Positions 1 to 13,599 of a DNA stretch of 64,000 bases are shown here, in pieces; position 1 is the first letter of the stretch; every line of letters starts with the position of its first letter. This stretch comes from Cyanophora paradoxa CCMP329 (lineage: Eukaryota; Plantae; Glaucophyta). The notes under the pieces are model-generated. The model saw only the letters and a program-made list of their open reading frames with translations, searched no databases and was not told where the DNA came from. Where the stretch lies: positions 186,001 through 250,000 of the forward strand of contig QPMI01000626.1 in the NCBI GenBank assembly GCA_004431415.1, written 5' to 3'. The translations under genes and the position numbers were made by a program.

Positions 1-536
1 AGAGAAGATGACGTCCAGCCCGGTCAAGCGCGCGCTCGTAGCTATATGCTATAGGCTAGCTGTAGCGGGGGCCCGGGGCAAGGCGCGCCTGTTCGACCAA
101 CGCCACGTCGTATGCGAGCCGTTCCTTCACGGCATCCCGCTCGAGCTCGCAGCTGTTGTTGAGACCACTCCGTCGCTGCTTCTTTCTCAGCTGCAGTGAT
201 TTGCCCAGCGGTTATTCGTAGCCTGCTGCTTGTTGGATAGCTTGCGGCTACGTATACGGCTCCATTTGCAATGCGCCGGCGTCCAGCGCTGACGGCTTGT
301 ACCCGGATGCAGGATTCCCTCGTACCCCGGCAGTGCTCGAACTTCTCCAGAGCACGGCCCGGCGGTCGCGATCGCGATCGCAGTCTAGATCTGGACCGCA
401 ACTTGTGCCGGTGATCGACGCATTCGAATTCCGAGGCCGCCCAGCTGCAGCTGCGCATGCATGTATGTGTGTGCTCCTATATATTAGGCCTAGGGGTACA
501 CCACCTATGTACACCTAACAGGTTTAAATTTAAAGT

Positions 537-1610
537 CTACCCTCTCAGCACTAAATCTCGCTGGTCGAGATCAAGACACCTACGGCATGAAGACACGTAG
601 GTGGCGCCATCTACCGCCATATGCATGACGTACAGTAGACGAGGAGAGACTGAAACCGAGGAGCTGAGTAAACCCCAGCTGCAGAGCTCATGATCAGTGA
701 CTACCAGAAGCATCCGACTAGCCAAGAGACGGCGAAAGAGCTGATCTACCCGGGCGGGGACGGGGTCTCCTCCGCCTGGAGGGCCGCAAGAAACAATTGC
801 AAAAAATTGGGCCCTCTCTTCCGGGGAGAGGCCCGCCTCCTCCATCGCCAGCGCCATTTCATCCGCCTCCTCTGTAATCGCTCGCCGCTTCGTGAGGGCG
901 GCCGAAGGGGAGCCGTCCTCGGGGGGCCCAGGTTCCCTGGCCCGAGTCCCCTTCGGTTTGTTGGCCGTGGTCTTGTGCCGTGCCGGCGATGCCTTCGCCG
1001 CCTTTGACGCCGTCCCCGACCCAGCCGGCCCCGTCCGATGGTCGTCGCCACCGCTGCCGACGTCGACGGCATCGCCGCCGTCACCACCACCGCCGCGCCG
1101 CCGCCGCCGCCTCCGCCGCCGCCGCCGCCGCTGCATGCGCAGGGGTCGTCTCCACCGCCCTCAACGCCGGGTGCCGGCTCGGCGCCGGCGCCTTCTGCAC
1201 TATCGCTCGGGAGCCCACCTCCGCCTCCAGCGGCCGTGAGGCCGCGGGAGGGGGGGTACCCGGTGGCGCCTCGCCGAGCGCTTCGCTCCTAGGCCTGAGC
1301 ACTCTCTTGAAGTGTGTCCGAAACGCTCACACCCGAAGCACTGAATCGGTCTCTTCGGGCGCGCGTTGTGGCAGGTCCCAAAGTGAAGAGCCCCGTCCGC
1401 CTCCGACAAAGAATCTAGAAGGGCCGGGTCGATTGCGCTCATCTCCACCGACTGCGGAAAGCGTCGCTCCAGCTCCTCGTCTGACAGTCGACGCGAAAGA
1501 TAAAAGGTATGAACGCCGTTCGGGATCTCCGGCGTTTGGCGGGAGGATCGCGCGTGCCCAGACACCACCTTTGCCGCCGAGCCTTGTAGGGCTCGTGCGA
1601 TCCAGCCTTC
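537..1610 (-). mobile_element. Degraded gag-like (ORF1) retroelement remnant with a CCHC zinc knuckle
   Basis: PIQCFGCERFGHTSREC (CX2CX4HX4C) near 1299-1345; reading frames are broken; no RT seen. Confidence 0.55.
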
Positions 1611-3452
1611 TAAATTAGCACGGCGCATGCATGTATGCATGCGCACGCGCATGTGTACTAGTCGAGTACGAGTACTGTACTAGGCGCATACGAGTAGTAT
1701 ACGTATAGTCGAGTACTACTCCTGCTCCCACTTCTCCAGAGTACGCGTATACGTACTACGGTACGAGTCCGATCGCGAAGTCCGGTCGCGGTCGCGATCG
1801 CAGTCTAGCTCTAGATCGACGCATTCAATATGATTCGAATTCCGAGGCCGCCCAGGCTGCGGCCCATGGCCAGCTGCAGCTGCGCATGCATGTATGCATG
1901 CGCATGTGTACATGTGGCGTACCAACTTTACTACCAAGGAGGTTCGCGTCCGGGTACAAATGCACATTAAGCCTAGCTCTGGAACTGGATAAGCCGGCGC
2001 CGGCGCCGATTGGGTCCGCAACCGGGTACCAAGAGTGTAGCTTGAGGCAGTGGCCGTGGCCACATGGGCTGTGTGATTGACGGAAAGCCGCGGGCAAAGC
2101 GCGGCGCAGCTGTGAGAAGCAGAAGTTACGGCTGAAGCTTGCGACTCAACAGCGGTTGCGAACGTTAATAGCATGCCGTGATGGAGCGGCTGAAATACGA
2201 CGTAACGCTTGTCGACCAGGCGCGCCCTGGCTCCAGACCCCCGCGGCTGTGCCCTTGCCTATAGCTACGCAGCGCGCGCTTGACAGCTGCCCTCCGGCCC
2301 GGCCGCGGGCCTAGGCCTCATCGAGCTTCTACCTCTAGCTCGGGCTGAGGCGCGCGCGCAGATTCTCTCCGGAGCGCTTGAGTTGACGAGGCAGGAAGGC
2401 TACAGCGTCTCTATGGAGCACGGCCCCGGGGTCGGCGGCTCGCCGGAGATGAGTCTCCGAGTCGAGACCAAGTGAGCACCTGCGCGAGCCGCGCGCGAGC
2501 GGCATGCGCAGAGCGCATGCTTTGAATCCTCCTGAGTCCTGACGTCGACGCGCGCGGCAGCGATCGGCAGTCGCCTTTCACGGCATTCCGCGTCGTGACC
2601 GAGTTCGAAGGCATGCCGGCCGCGTTCGCCACGTCCGCCATCCTCGGCCGCTCCCGCACCAAGGTCCCCTCCCGCTCCGCGCCAGGTGCCGCTCCCGCTG
2701 GCCTCACTAATCAGCGGAGGGCCCCGGCAGGATTTTAACGAGTTCATTCTTCGAGAGACTCTGGTGGCTGAGCTGGAGCGAGCACCTTCCAAGGTCCGCG
2801 CGAGGGGGCGGGCTTCGCTGCGCGCTCGGTCAAATTCAATCCGAGCCGATCTGAGCCGTCAGAACCCCGATAACATTGGCGCCGTCTCCGTCTACGAGGA
2901 CCAGGCGAACTACTTCGGTACCCCCAACCCCGCCCCCACCCCCCACTTTCCTGCCTCGAAGCCCCCCGACCGCCATTCGCCCCCCCTCCCCCTCTCCCCC
3001 TCTCCACCCCCACCCCCTGACCCCCCCTACAGGCTATGTTCTTGAGAGCTGTATGCTGCGTGCGACCCGAAGGCCCGCGAGTCCCTCGTACCCCTCGCAC
3101 CTGTTCTCCCTCCCCCCCCGCCCCCCTTCTGAACACCGACCGCAGGCTTCCTGACGGGTCCGCGTTCGCAATTCGGGTACCCGTCGAGTGGGAGGGGGAC
3201 GCCTGGTCCGCGACCTTACCCCTTCGCAGCTTCCGCTCCCGGCAATGAACGTTCGTAATGTAACGGTACCCCCGGCATGCGCAGGACTCCTCGGCGCTAC
3301 CGGGAAAAGATGCGGGCCCTCTCCGTGTGGCACGTTGCCGCTACCCCCCGCGGCTGCCGGTGAGGCAACCCCCTTACCCCCCCCCCCGCCCCCCCGCCCG
3401 AGTCACCGAACAGCCACCTGAGTCACGCCTGAGCGCGGCGCTGTACCCCCCA

Positions 3453-6400
3453 GGTTCACCTACATCGCCCTCGAGAAGGTCTACTCAATATTCTCATTCC
3501 TCCCCCTCTACGGCACGCCAGTACCCCCGCTCCCTGACTCCCCCTCCCCCTCACGCGTTTTTCTTTCGCCGCAGTCGTGAGGCAGATTTTGTGCCGAATG
3601 GTCACAACGTACATCCTGCGAGTCCGCCGCATCGTCTTGAAGGCACGCTCGCAGCTTTTGCGCCCCCTACCTTGCTCTTTATTATACCTAGCCCGACGCT
3701 TTCTTTCCTCGCTCGTTTCTTGCGCTGACCGCTTCGCGTTTTCGCCCGCAGGAGTTTGGCAGCGACGGCTGCGCCGAGATTCGGCTCCAGCGCTCCCTCC
3801 CCTTTGCCTCGGGGAGCGCAGGGGTACCCCTCCACTGGAGCAGCCGGGGGCTCTCGCGGTCTCTGGGGCTGTCCCCCGCTGCCGAGGCACGGACGGGGGA
3901 CCGTTCCTCCTCATCGCCCTTTGTCCTTCACTCCTGCGCCCCTCCGCGGCGCGCCGCGCCGGGCACGGCCGCTGTACCCCCCCGGGAGGCGCGGGAGGCG
4001 CCGGTGGCCACGGAGCTTTTTTTCGACCTCGTCGGCGCCGATCTCGAGGCACGTATCCCCCTACCCCCCTCCCCCTGCGCCCTCCCCCCCTCCCCACTCC
4101 CCCCTTCCCCCCCTCCGCGCAGCGGCGGCCGAGCAAAGTCCCTTGGTCCCTGGACGGGGGCGCCTCCTGGGTCGCTCCTATCCCCCTCAGCCCCGACTCC
4201 AGCCCCGGACTGGACGACGGATCGAATCTTTCCAAGGCGGGGCAGGTGGGCGACCTCATATGAGGCTGTACCTTTGGCCGGCGCGAGTCGCCCGGTGGGC
4301 GGTCTCATCTCTCGCGCTCTGACGGGTACTGCTCCTTGTTTCCCCTCTAGGTGTTGCGGGCCGAGGTGAGGAGGTTACAAATGTGCACAGACCCCGCTGC
4401 CCTCAGCCTGGTACCCCCCTTCACCCCCCCCCCCACTCCAACCGCTCCCACCCCGCCCCAAATCCGAATCAAAGAAACCGAAGAATAAGCATCTTAGACA
4501 TCCTTAGGCAGTCGGCCGAGGCGTGCCATGATCCGGTACCCCGCGCCCTCCCGCCTCTGCCGGGCGCCCTCCATCGCCCCCCTTTAATAATCTGCTATCT
4601 CTGAGTCTCACGTCGATCCGCCTCGCGTGCACACTGCGCAGTCCGCGGAGGCGTGCCAGGCCTCTCTGGAGCTGTCCATACGGCTGGAGACGATGTCGCT
4701 CGCCGAGTCTGTAGGGGGCCGCGGCGGGGCGCGAGGAGGAGGGGGGGGCGAGGGGGGCGAGGTGGGGGCGAGCTGGCCGGCCCCCGACCTCGTCGGGCCC
4801 GGCGGACGCGTGCCTGAGTGGGCCGCCTCCGAGTCTCGCGAGTCAGGCCCAGCGCCGCCCGCCGCCGGGCCGGACTGCCACAGGTCGCTGCGGTCCGGCC
4901 CGGACGCTCTGCGGACGCCCCCTGTAGAAGAGGCGCCTCCTCCCTCGCCGGCACCGGCGGCGCCACCAGCGCCCGCCGGGTACGGGGAGGGCGCCACGTA
5001 CCCCCCGGAGGCCGACACGACGGGGGACATCGAAATCGGACCGCAGCCGCCGGGCGACGACGCGAGCGGGTCCGACTTCGACGTACCCCCCTCGCTGCCT
5101 CGGTCCGCCCTCACGCCCAGGGCCGCTTCCGCAGCTTCACTACGTACCTGAACGAGGCCCTGCCCCGCGCGGCGAGCTCATTCCCCGGGTGCGAGCCGCG
5201 GATCATATGAGCCGCCCGGCGCCGTCGCTTCGCCTGGCGCCGTCGTCTCTCTGTACCCTTCTTCTACAGCTGAATGCCGCTTCGACTCCGCAGGGCACCC
5301 GTCAGCTTCGGCACCACCGTCCTCCGGGGTGCTTGCATTCCTTTTTTCTTCTATGTCTCCTCCTGCCCACCTCCGCCCCAAAGGATTGGTTACCCCCGCT
5401 CACTGCCTACCCCCCTTATTCCAATAGAGAGCTGGCGGGCGCTGAAGGAGGAAGCCAAGGAGGGGTACAGGATGCGGGCTGCGGAGGGGATGGACCGCAC
5501 GACCCCGACGCCGCCCGAACCCCCCCTCGCCATCGTCGACGCCCCGCCCCCGCCTACGTGGAAGATCCCAATCACACCAGAAAGGTCTGCGGTACCCGCC
5601 GCGAATCACTGTACCCCCTGACCGCCTCTCCTTTCATGCAAAGTCGCGGGCGCGGCGCTGCTCGGATGCTCTGGCAGAGGTCGAGGCGAGGACGCCCCGC
5701 CGGGTCTGCACCCCTCCGGCGAGTGCCCTCGGACCACACTCCAGCCCCCGAGCCCCCGCCGGGTTTGCCCTTGGCCTCGCTTTTCGGAGTACCCCCTGCC
5801 GAGGCGGCCGTCAGGTTTTCGTCTTTTCTGAACGCGCGGCTCGGGGACGCGATCAAATCCCAGCCCGGGTCAGCCACGCCCCTCCGGGGCCCCCCGCCCC
5901 GCCCGATCCCGACTCCTCTCCTCTCGCAGGGTACCCCTGGGACTAATCGTCGATCGACTGAGGGGTACGCGCGCACTGATTCTTTCGAGCAGCGGCTGCC
6001 CCTTACTACTCTCCCCGCATGCGTAGCGGAGTGGGAGTCGTCATCGGAGGCGTTGAGGGTGGAATCCGAACCCGTCTCTGCGGCCACCGCAGCCGCGCTG
6101 GGCTCGTGCCCTCCCCCCCTTGACTGGGCTGCCCTCCAGAGGGTGTTTGACCGGTCTCCTGCAGCTCCTTCCCCCCCCGGCCCGCCTTGGCCCCCCGCCC
6201 CACAAAGCTCAGCTCCCCGCCGCCCCCGCCCCCGCCCCGCCCCGCCCCCGCCTCCGCCCCCGCCCCGCCCCGCCCCGCCCCCGCCCCTGCCCCCGCCCCC
6301 GCCCCCGCTTCCGTCCCCCGCGGGCCAGTTAGCAACACGAGGCAGCCGTCGCCCCGGACCATCATCCCCGTCCCCACCCCCGGGGCTCCGGCCCCGGCGG

Positions 6401-9143
6401 TTCCCCCCCTGGGTTTTTCTTTAGATCTCCCCCACCCCCTTCCGGGACGACGAGCTCCGCCTCGAATCTGGCGAGGTTCAAAAGCTCGGCCACCCTGAGG
6501 CAGCGGTACCCGTCTCCGCCCTTCCCACGAGTGCACCCACGCCCCACAGCCACGCCGTGAACGGCGCCTGTATTTGTACTGCCTGTATTTTGTATTTGTA
6601 TTTTGTACTAAATCAGTGCGCGCGTACCCCTCAGTCGATCGACGATTAGTCCCAGGGGTACCCTGCGAGAGGAGAGAGTCGGGATCGGGCGGGGCGGGGG
6701 GCCCCGGAGGGGCGTGGCTGACCCGGGCTGGGATTTGATCGCGTCCCCGAGCCGCGCGTTCAGAAAAGACGAAAACCTGACGGCCGCCTCGGCAGGGGGT
6801 ACTCCGAAAAGCGAGGCCAAGGGCAAACCCGGCGGGGGCTCGGGGGCTGGAGTGTGGTCCGAGGGCACTCGCCGGAGGGGTGCAGACCCGGCGGGGCGTC
6901 CTCGCCTCGACCTCTGCCAGAGCATCCGAGCAGCGCCGCGCCCGCGACTTTGCATGAAAGGAGAGGCGGTCAGGGGGGTACAGTGATTCGCGGCGGGTAC
7001 CGCAGACCTTTCTGGTGTGATTGGGATCTTCCACGTAGGCGGGGGGCGGGGCGTCGACGATGGCGAGGGGGGGTTCGGGCGGCGTCGGGGTCGTGCGGTC
7101 CATCCCCTCCGCAGCCCGCATCCTGTACCCCTCCTTGGCTTCCTCCTTCAGCGCCCGCCAGCTCTCTATTGGAATAAGGGGGGTAGGCAGTGAGCGGGGG
7201 TAGCCAATCCTTTGGGGCGGAGGTGGGCAGGAGGAGACATAGAAGAAAAAAGGAATGCAAGCACCCCGGAGGACGGTGGTGCCGAAGCTGACGGGTGCCC
7301 TGCGGAGTCGAAGCGGCATTCAGCTGTAGAAGAAGGGTACAGAGAGACGACGGCGCCAGGCGAAGCGACGGCGCCGGGCGGCTCATATGATCCGCGGCTC
7401 GCACCCGGGGAATGAGCTCGCCGCGCGGGGCAGGGCCTCGTTCAGGTACGTAGTGAAGCTGCGGAAGCGGCCCTGGGCGTGAGGGCGGACCGAGGCAGCG
7501 AGGGGGGTACGTCGAAGTCGGACCCGCTCGCGTCGTCGCCCGGCGGCTGCGGTCCGATTTCGATGTCCCCGTCGTGTCGGCCTCCGGGGGTACGTGGCGC
7601 CCTCCCCGTACCCGGCGGGCGCTGGTGGCGCCGCCGGTGCCGGCGAGGGAGGAGGCGCCTCTTCTACAGGGGGCGTCCGCAGAGCGTCCGGGCCGGACCG
7701 CAGCGACCTGTGGCAGTCCGGCCCGGCGGCGGGCGGCGCTGGGCCTGACTCGCGAGACTCGGAGGCGGCCCACTCAGGCACGCGTCCGCCGGGCCCGACG
7801 AGGTCGGGGGCCGGCCAGCTCGCCCCCACCTCGCCCCCCTCGCCCCCCCCTCCTCCTCGCGCCCCGCCGCGGCCCCCTACAGACTCGGCGAGCGACATCG
7901 TCTCCAGCCGTATGGACAGCTCCAGAGAGGCCTGGCACGCCTCCGCGGACTGCGCAGTGTGCACGCGAGGCGGATCGACGTGAGACTCAGAGATAGCAGA
8001 TTATTAAAGGGGGGCGATGGAGGGCGCCCGGCAGAGGCGGGAGGGCGCGGGGTACCGGATCATGGCACGCCTCGGCCGACTGCCTAAGGATGTCTAAGAT
8101 GCTTATTCTTCGGTTTCTTTGATTCGGATTTGGGGCGGGGTGGGAGCGGTTGGAGTGGGGGGGGGTTGAAGGGGGGTACCAGGCTGAGGGCAGCGGGGTC
8201 TGTGCACATTTGTAACCTCCTCACCTCGGCCCGCAACACCTAGAGGGGAAACAAGGAGCAGTACCCGTCAGAGCGCGAGAGATGATCATGAGACCGCCCA
8301 CCGGGCGACTCGCGCCGGCCAAAGGTACAGCCTCATATGAGGTCGCCCACCTGCCCCGCCTTGGAAAGATTCGATCCGTCGTCCAGTCCGGGGCTGGAGT
8401 CGGGGCTGAGGGGGGTAGGAGCGACCCAGGAGGCGCCCCCGTCCAGGGACCAAGGGACTTTGCTCGGCCGCCGCTGCGCGGAGGGGGGGAAGGGGGGAGT
8501 GGGGAGGGGGGGAGGGCGCAGGGGGAGGGGGGTAGGGGGATACGTGCCTCGAGATCGGCGCCGACGAGGTCGAAAAAAAGCTCCGTGGCCACCGGCGCCT
8601 CCCGCGCCTCCCGGGGGGGTACAGCGGCCGTGCCCGGCGCGGCGCGCCGCGGAGGGGCGCAGGAGTGAAGGACAAAGGGCGATGAGGAGGAACGGTCCCC
8701 CGTCCGTGCCTCGGCAGCGGGGGACAGCCCCAGAGACCGCGAGAGCCCCCGGCTGCTCCAGTGGAGGGGTACCCCTGCGCTCCCCGAGGCAAAGGGGAGG
8801 GAGCGCTGGAGCCGAATCTCGGCGCAGCCGTCGCTGCCAAACTCCTGCGGGCGAAAACGCGAAGCGGTCAGCGCAAGAAACGAGCGAGGGCAGAAAGCGT
8901 CGGGCTAGGTATAATAAAGAGCAAGGTAGGGGGCGCAAAAGCTGCGAGCGTGCCTTCAAGACGATGCGGCGGACTCGCAGGATGTACGTTGTGACCATTC
9001 GGCACAAAATCTGCCTCACGACTGCGGCGAAAGAAAAACGCGTGAGGGGGAGGGGGAGTCAGGGAGCGGGGGTACTGGCGTGCCGTAGAGGGGGAGGAAT
9101 GAGAATATTGAGTAGACCTTCTCGAGGGCGATGTAGGTGAACC
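3453..9143. repeat. Large inverted duplication: arms 3453-5981 and 6611-9143, 629-bp spacer
   Basis: Mirror-image ORFs; the arms differ by a few substitutions, 1-bp indels and one 6-bp indel. Confidence 0.95.
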
Positions 9144-9861
9144 CTATCATGATCATACTATAGCTATCGGTTTTTATATAGAGGTACTTTCATAATATCA
9201 AAGTTCCACTCATTCGAGCGATCCTGATCATCATGGCATAATATGAAGGGCCCTTCTCCGCGTGGCACATCGCCAGTAGTGACCGCTTGGGCCAGCCTCA
9301 AATTAAAGCGAGATCTAAATGCCAGCTTGAGCCTGCAGATCGCGCTGCCCGCCGGCCCTTTAAGGCATGCGCGCGCCCGGTACCGGGGCTGGAGCCGCTG
9401 AGCAGCCCGTTCTCGGCTCGGCGGCTAGAGCTTTAAATTTACGGCCCGGCCCGGCGGCCCCGGCCTTGCAATTTGCTAGGATAGTTGCCTAGGCGACTAG
9501 GCCTAGGATAGTTGGTAACTAGTAACGACAGGGCGGACTTCGGAAGAGCGAGAACGTTAACCTTGCAATTGAGGCATCAAATGCTTCAAGGCTTGTCCGA
9601 TATCAATCTCTTTTAGCCCCTGGGGAAGGGTTTCGGTGCAGCGCGAGAGTGCAGTCGCTTTCGCGCGAGATTCAAATTCTTCTCTATGAGTGAATGAGTA
9701 AATTTCGCAGAAGGCGGAGGGGGAATCCGGAGACGAGGGTGTGTGTGACGAACTCTCGCTCTTTTGATAGCAGCACTAGTACTAGTGCGTGTCGAGGTCA
9801 TTCGGGTCATCGGATGGCGCGTGCGTTGTTGCAACCCACGCCATCAGCCACCGGGCCACAG

Positions 9862-11389
9862 TCAAGCAAGGGAAAGAAGGGGGCGGCGCGAAGTCGCGGC
9901 GGCGGTCGCGAGCCGCGCGTGCAGAAGGAGGCAGTGGTCACGCCACAGGAGGAAGGCCCGGAGGGGCGCCGCCACGTGGGCCGGCATGCCGTCCAGCTTC
10001 GCGTAGAGGAGCCGGGGGGAGAGGCAGCCGAGCCTGGGGGGTACAGCATCAGCTCCACATCGAAATCAAGCTGGGAGCTTAGGGGTACCGACCTGAGGCT
10101 CTCAGAGAAGTCAGGGCACAGACAGCCGCCCGCGCGCACGTGCGGCGAAGGGGGCGAGCAGGATGCCGCGGGGAGCGGGCAGGGCGCCGGTGCCTGTACC
10201 CCGCCCAGCGGCGTTCGGGGTATATTAAACGCGAAATGAATCGAGCGGCGAAACGAATTGCGCACGGCACTGCGACACCAGAGCTCAAGCCGCTCCAGCG
10301 CCGAGCCCTCGCTCTCCCCCGATGGACCCGCTGCGGACGGGGGTACACGAGTTAAAGCTCTGACGCGAAGGGGGGTGGGGAGAGGGCGCACGTGGGAGAG
10401 GGGGGAGGTCACCGGGGGGTACGACGCGGCCGACGCAGCTCGGGAGGGGCCGCAGGCGGCGCGGGGCGGGGCGCGGCTGAGAGGGGTGGACGGCCCTGCG
10501 GGCTGCAGCCTCGCGGAGCCGTTCGAACGACTCCATCGTGCCTTGGACGGGTACGGAGTTCTCGAAGATCGCGTCCGCTGCGCATGCGTTCTTTGGTCGG
10601 CGAGGCGGGGCAGGGGTGGGGTGGGGCGGGATGAGCGACGGGGTACAGGGCGCACCGACGCGGCAGGAGAGGGCAGCGCCGCGCGAGGCCAGCGCCTCGC
10701 GCGCCGCCGCCTCTTCCCGGCGCTGGTCGGGCGCGCCCCGCGTCGCGCACTCCACTCGGACCGCGTACCCCGCCGCGGCGAGGGTCCCGGCTAGCTCCGC
10801 CAGCGCGGCGGGCGCCGGGCCGCGCCGAACAACGAGATTTGAGCCCGCGTCGTGCAGGCGCCGGCGGAGGTATGTTGCTGCCGAGGACAGCGCCGCCTCC
10901 GGAGGGCCCGACTTGGGATCGATGCACAGGAAAGGTACCACGCTCGCGTCTGCGCGCGGTCAGAGAAGGCGCCGGGCGGCCGGTGGCCCGGCCCGGCGCG
11001 GGATTTGAGCGGGGCTCACGGGGCGGGCCGGCGACGAGCAGCGGGTTGTCGTGCACCCGCAGCTCCGCCCGCAGCCAGGCGATCACAACCACGCGCTCGA
11101 GGGCCAGCGGCCGCGGCACGGCGACAGGGATCCCCCGCGCGGCCGCTGCGCCGGCCTCCCCGAGCCGCGCGCTGCGTGCGGGCGTGCGCTGCTGCCGCCG
11201 CGCGGTTCCGCTCGCGAGGAACTGCAGCTGGCTGGGTCGGGCGAGCACAACGAGGAGAGGGACGCGGCCCGGTAGGAACTCGCGCTCGCGGGCCGCGTCG
11301 CAGCTCGCTTCGGCGCGCTGGACGAGGGCGCGCGGGCCGACCGAGCGCGCTGCCAGCTGTGATAAGAAGGCGACCGCATGCGCCTCCAT
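9862..11389 (-). CDS. Photolyase/cryptochrome-family protein, PHR2-like (C-terminally short), multi-exon
   Basis: WLRAELRVHDNP, L...GSNLVV..G.A, GE..ALERL-like, GCLSPR and LLWRD, followed soon by a stop. Exon boundaries approximate. Confidence 0.75.
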
Positions 11390-11545
11390 GGCTGGTCGGG
11401 CGGCGCAGCGCGGCGGGCGGGCTTTCTTACAATGCCCCAAATGCCCTCAATCACGTGCAGGACGGCTTCGATGCGCCGGCGGCGAAAATGGCTCCGATTC
11501 GGCAGGCCAGCTGGGGTACACTCTCAACAGCGCAGACCACTCGGA

Positions 11546-12911
11546 ATGACGAGGTGCGGGGCAGGGGCCGAAGAAGCGGTGGCGTTGATCGAGCTGCCCA
11601 AGGTGCGCAAGCCGCCGCGAGCCTCCGCCCAGGAAAAGTCGCCGAGGCCGTCGCGTGTGTGCAGGTCCGACAGCTCAGCCATTGGGATTGCGGGCTGGCG
11701 TGCTGCCAGAGTGCGCGCCTGTCTCTCTCTCCCTCTCTCTTCCATTGCGGCGCCAGCCGCGACTTGCCGTGCGCATCAGTCCGCTCATGTCGAGCGCAGT
11801 GGTGCTGCGAAAGCTCAAGAAGCGCTGCACATTCGACGAGATGCGAAAGCTCTGCCCGACGAAGTCCGTGTGGACGATAGATCTTGCGGTGAGCTCTGGA
11901 AGCGGCGCGCTTCGTGTGCCCTTGCTGACTCCGCGCGCAGCGCCTTCTGAACTTCTTTGAAGTGCAATTCATCTACTTTACAACCCAAATCGGCGTGAAC
12001 CCCGACTACAGCGACGCGGCGCGCCCCGCCGCTTCTCCGCCCGGCGCAAGCGATGGCTCTCGGGCGCTGAGCCGCAGCGCGCGCAGGACTTCTACAAGGA
12101 GAGCTACGATGAGGACGCGAAGCGAGTGGAGCGGCTCTTTGCGGACGCTCCGCAGCTCGGGATCCGCATCGAGCACAGGTTCGCTTGCGGCACGCGTGCT
12201 CCGATCCGGACTCGCCGTGCGCTTTGTGCGTCGGACCACACGGCCTCACACGGAGCCCGCCTTCTCCTTGAGCGCAGGACCTTCTCGAGCGACGAGATGC
12301 AGCGGACGATGCTGGGCGGGCGGCACGTGTACGTCGCGCTGGTGGACAAGCGGTACCTCGCCTGCGCGAGCTGCGGCGGCGGGCGCGGCGCGGCGCCGCC
12401 GGGCGCATCGCACGAGGCGCGGCGCGGCGGCGGGCGGGGCGAGGCGGAGGAGGCGGGCGTCGGCGCCCAGCTGTCGTCCCTCGTCGCTTCTTGTATCCCC
12501 GCCTCCATCGCCTCCGCCTTCTCCAACTCGAGCTACATCGGTACCCCCCTTCCCCCGCCCCCGCCCGCCCCGCCCGGATTGACTGTCGTGCAGGCCACTA
12601 CGTGGTGGTGGTCGGGATCGATTCCAGGAAGGGGCAGTTCCTGGTCAAGGACCCCGCACGCGAGGCCGGTGCGCGAAATCGCTCTTCTCTCTACCCCTTC
12701 GCCTCCTCTCCTGACCCCGCGGCCGCCCCACAGACTTGTGCCACATACCCTTCGCCGCCTTCGACCGCGCGCGTCTCAGGTGAGCTGGGGCCGCCCGCGG
12801 CGGTCGGGGCGCGCCGCCCTGACCACCCCTGTCGGTCCCCTGACGTTGTACCCCCCGCCCCGCCGCAGCTTCGGGACCGACGAGGACCTCATCCTCGTGT
12901 CCCTCGAATGA
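11546..12911 (+). CDS. GUCD1: GUCD1-like (guanylyl cyclase domain, C39-like fold) protein, multi-exon
   Basis: Q..HWDCGLAC, SVWTIDLA, GVNPDY, DFYK, GHYVVV.G.D, V.DPA and SFGTDEDLILV spread over short exons. Confidence 0.85.
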
Positions 12912-13599
12912 GGCGTACCCCCCCCTTCTCCGCTTCTGGGCCCCCGACTCGGGGCAGCGAGCTGGGGGGCCCCTCCGCCTTTCCCCCCCTCCCCCCCCCC
13001 TCCCCTTCTCCCCCCTCCGCGAGTCCCCCAGCCCCCTTCTCCCCCGCGACGGCTGCCGCTTCGGCGGCTCGGGCTTGCCGGCTCGGGCCCGCCCCGCCCG
13101 CCCCCGCACCCGCTCGTCTCTTCGCCTCGACGGGGCGCTGCCGGCCCCTCGCGGGTCCCCAGCCCCTGTCCTTCCTTCCATTCCGACTCGCCCCCCTCCC
13201 TCCTGTGACCGCCCCTCCCTCCCTCCCAACCCTCTCCGCCCCCCCCCCCCCCCCCCCCCCCCCGCGTCCGCCTTCCCGCGTCGTCATACTAGGGCGGCAG
13301 CCTCGGGCAAACGAACTCGCACTTGGGCCGGCCTTTCCCGGCCCAGCGGATGCTACAAGCGATTGCAGAGCCGTCAACGTTGTACGTAATCCAAGCCAAG
13401 GCAACCAGTCACTCGCGCGCCTAGGCGTGCCAGTGCTGCTGTTCCCGCCGCGACGCAACGCCCGACTGTCCAGATCTAGTCGGACTGGCTCGGACTGGCT
13501 GTAGATCTCGCAACTGTCCCCGTCCTTGCGCCGCTGGACTTGCGACCGGGCGCCGCTGGGTCGCCCAGCCAGCCCCCGCCCCCGCGTCAAGCGAGCACG

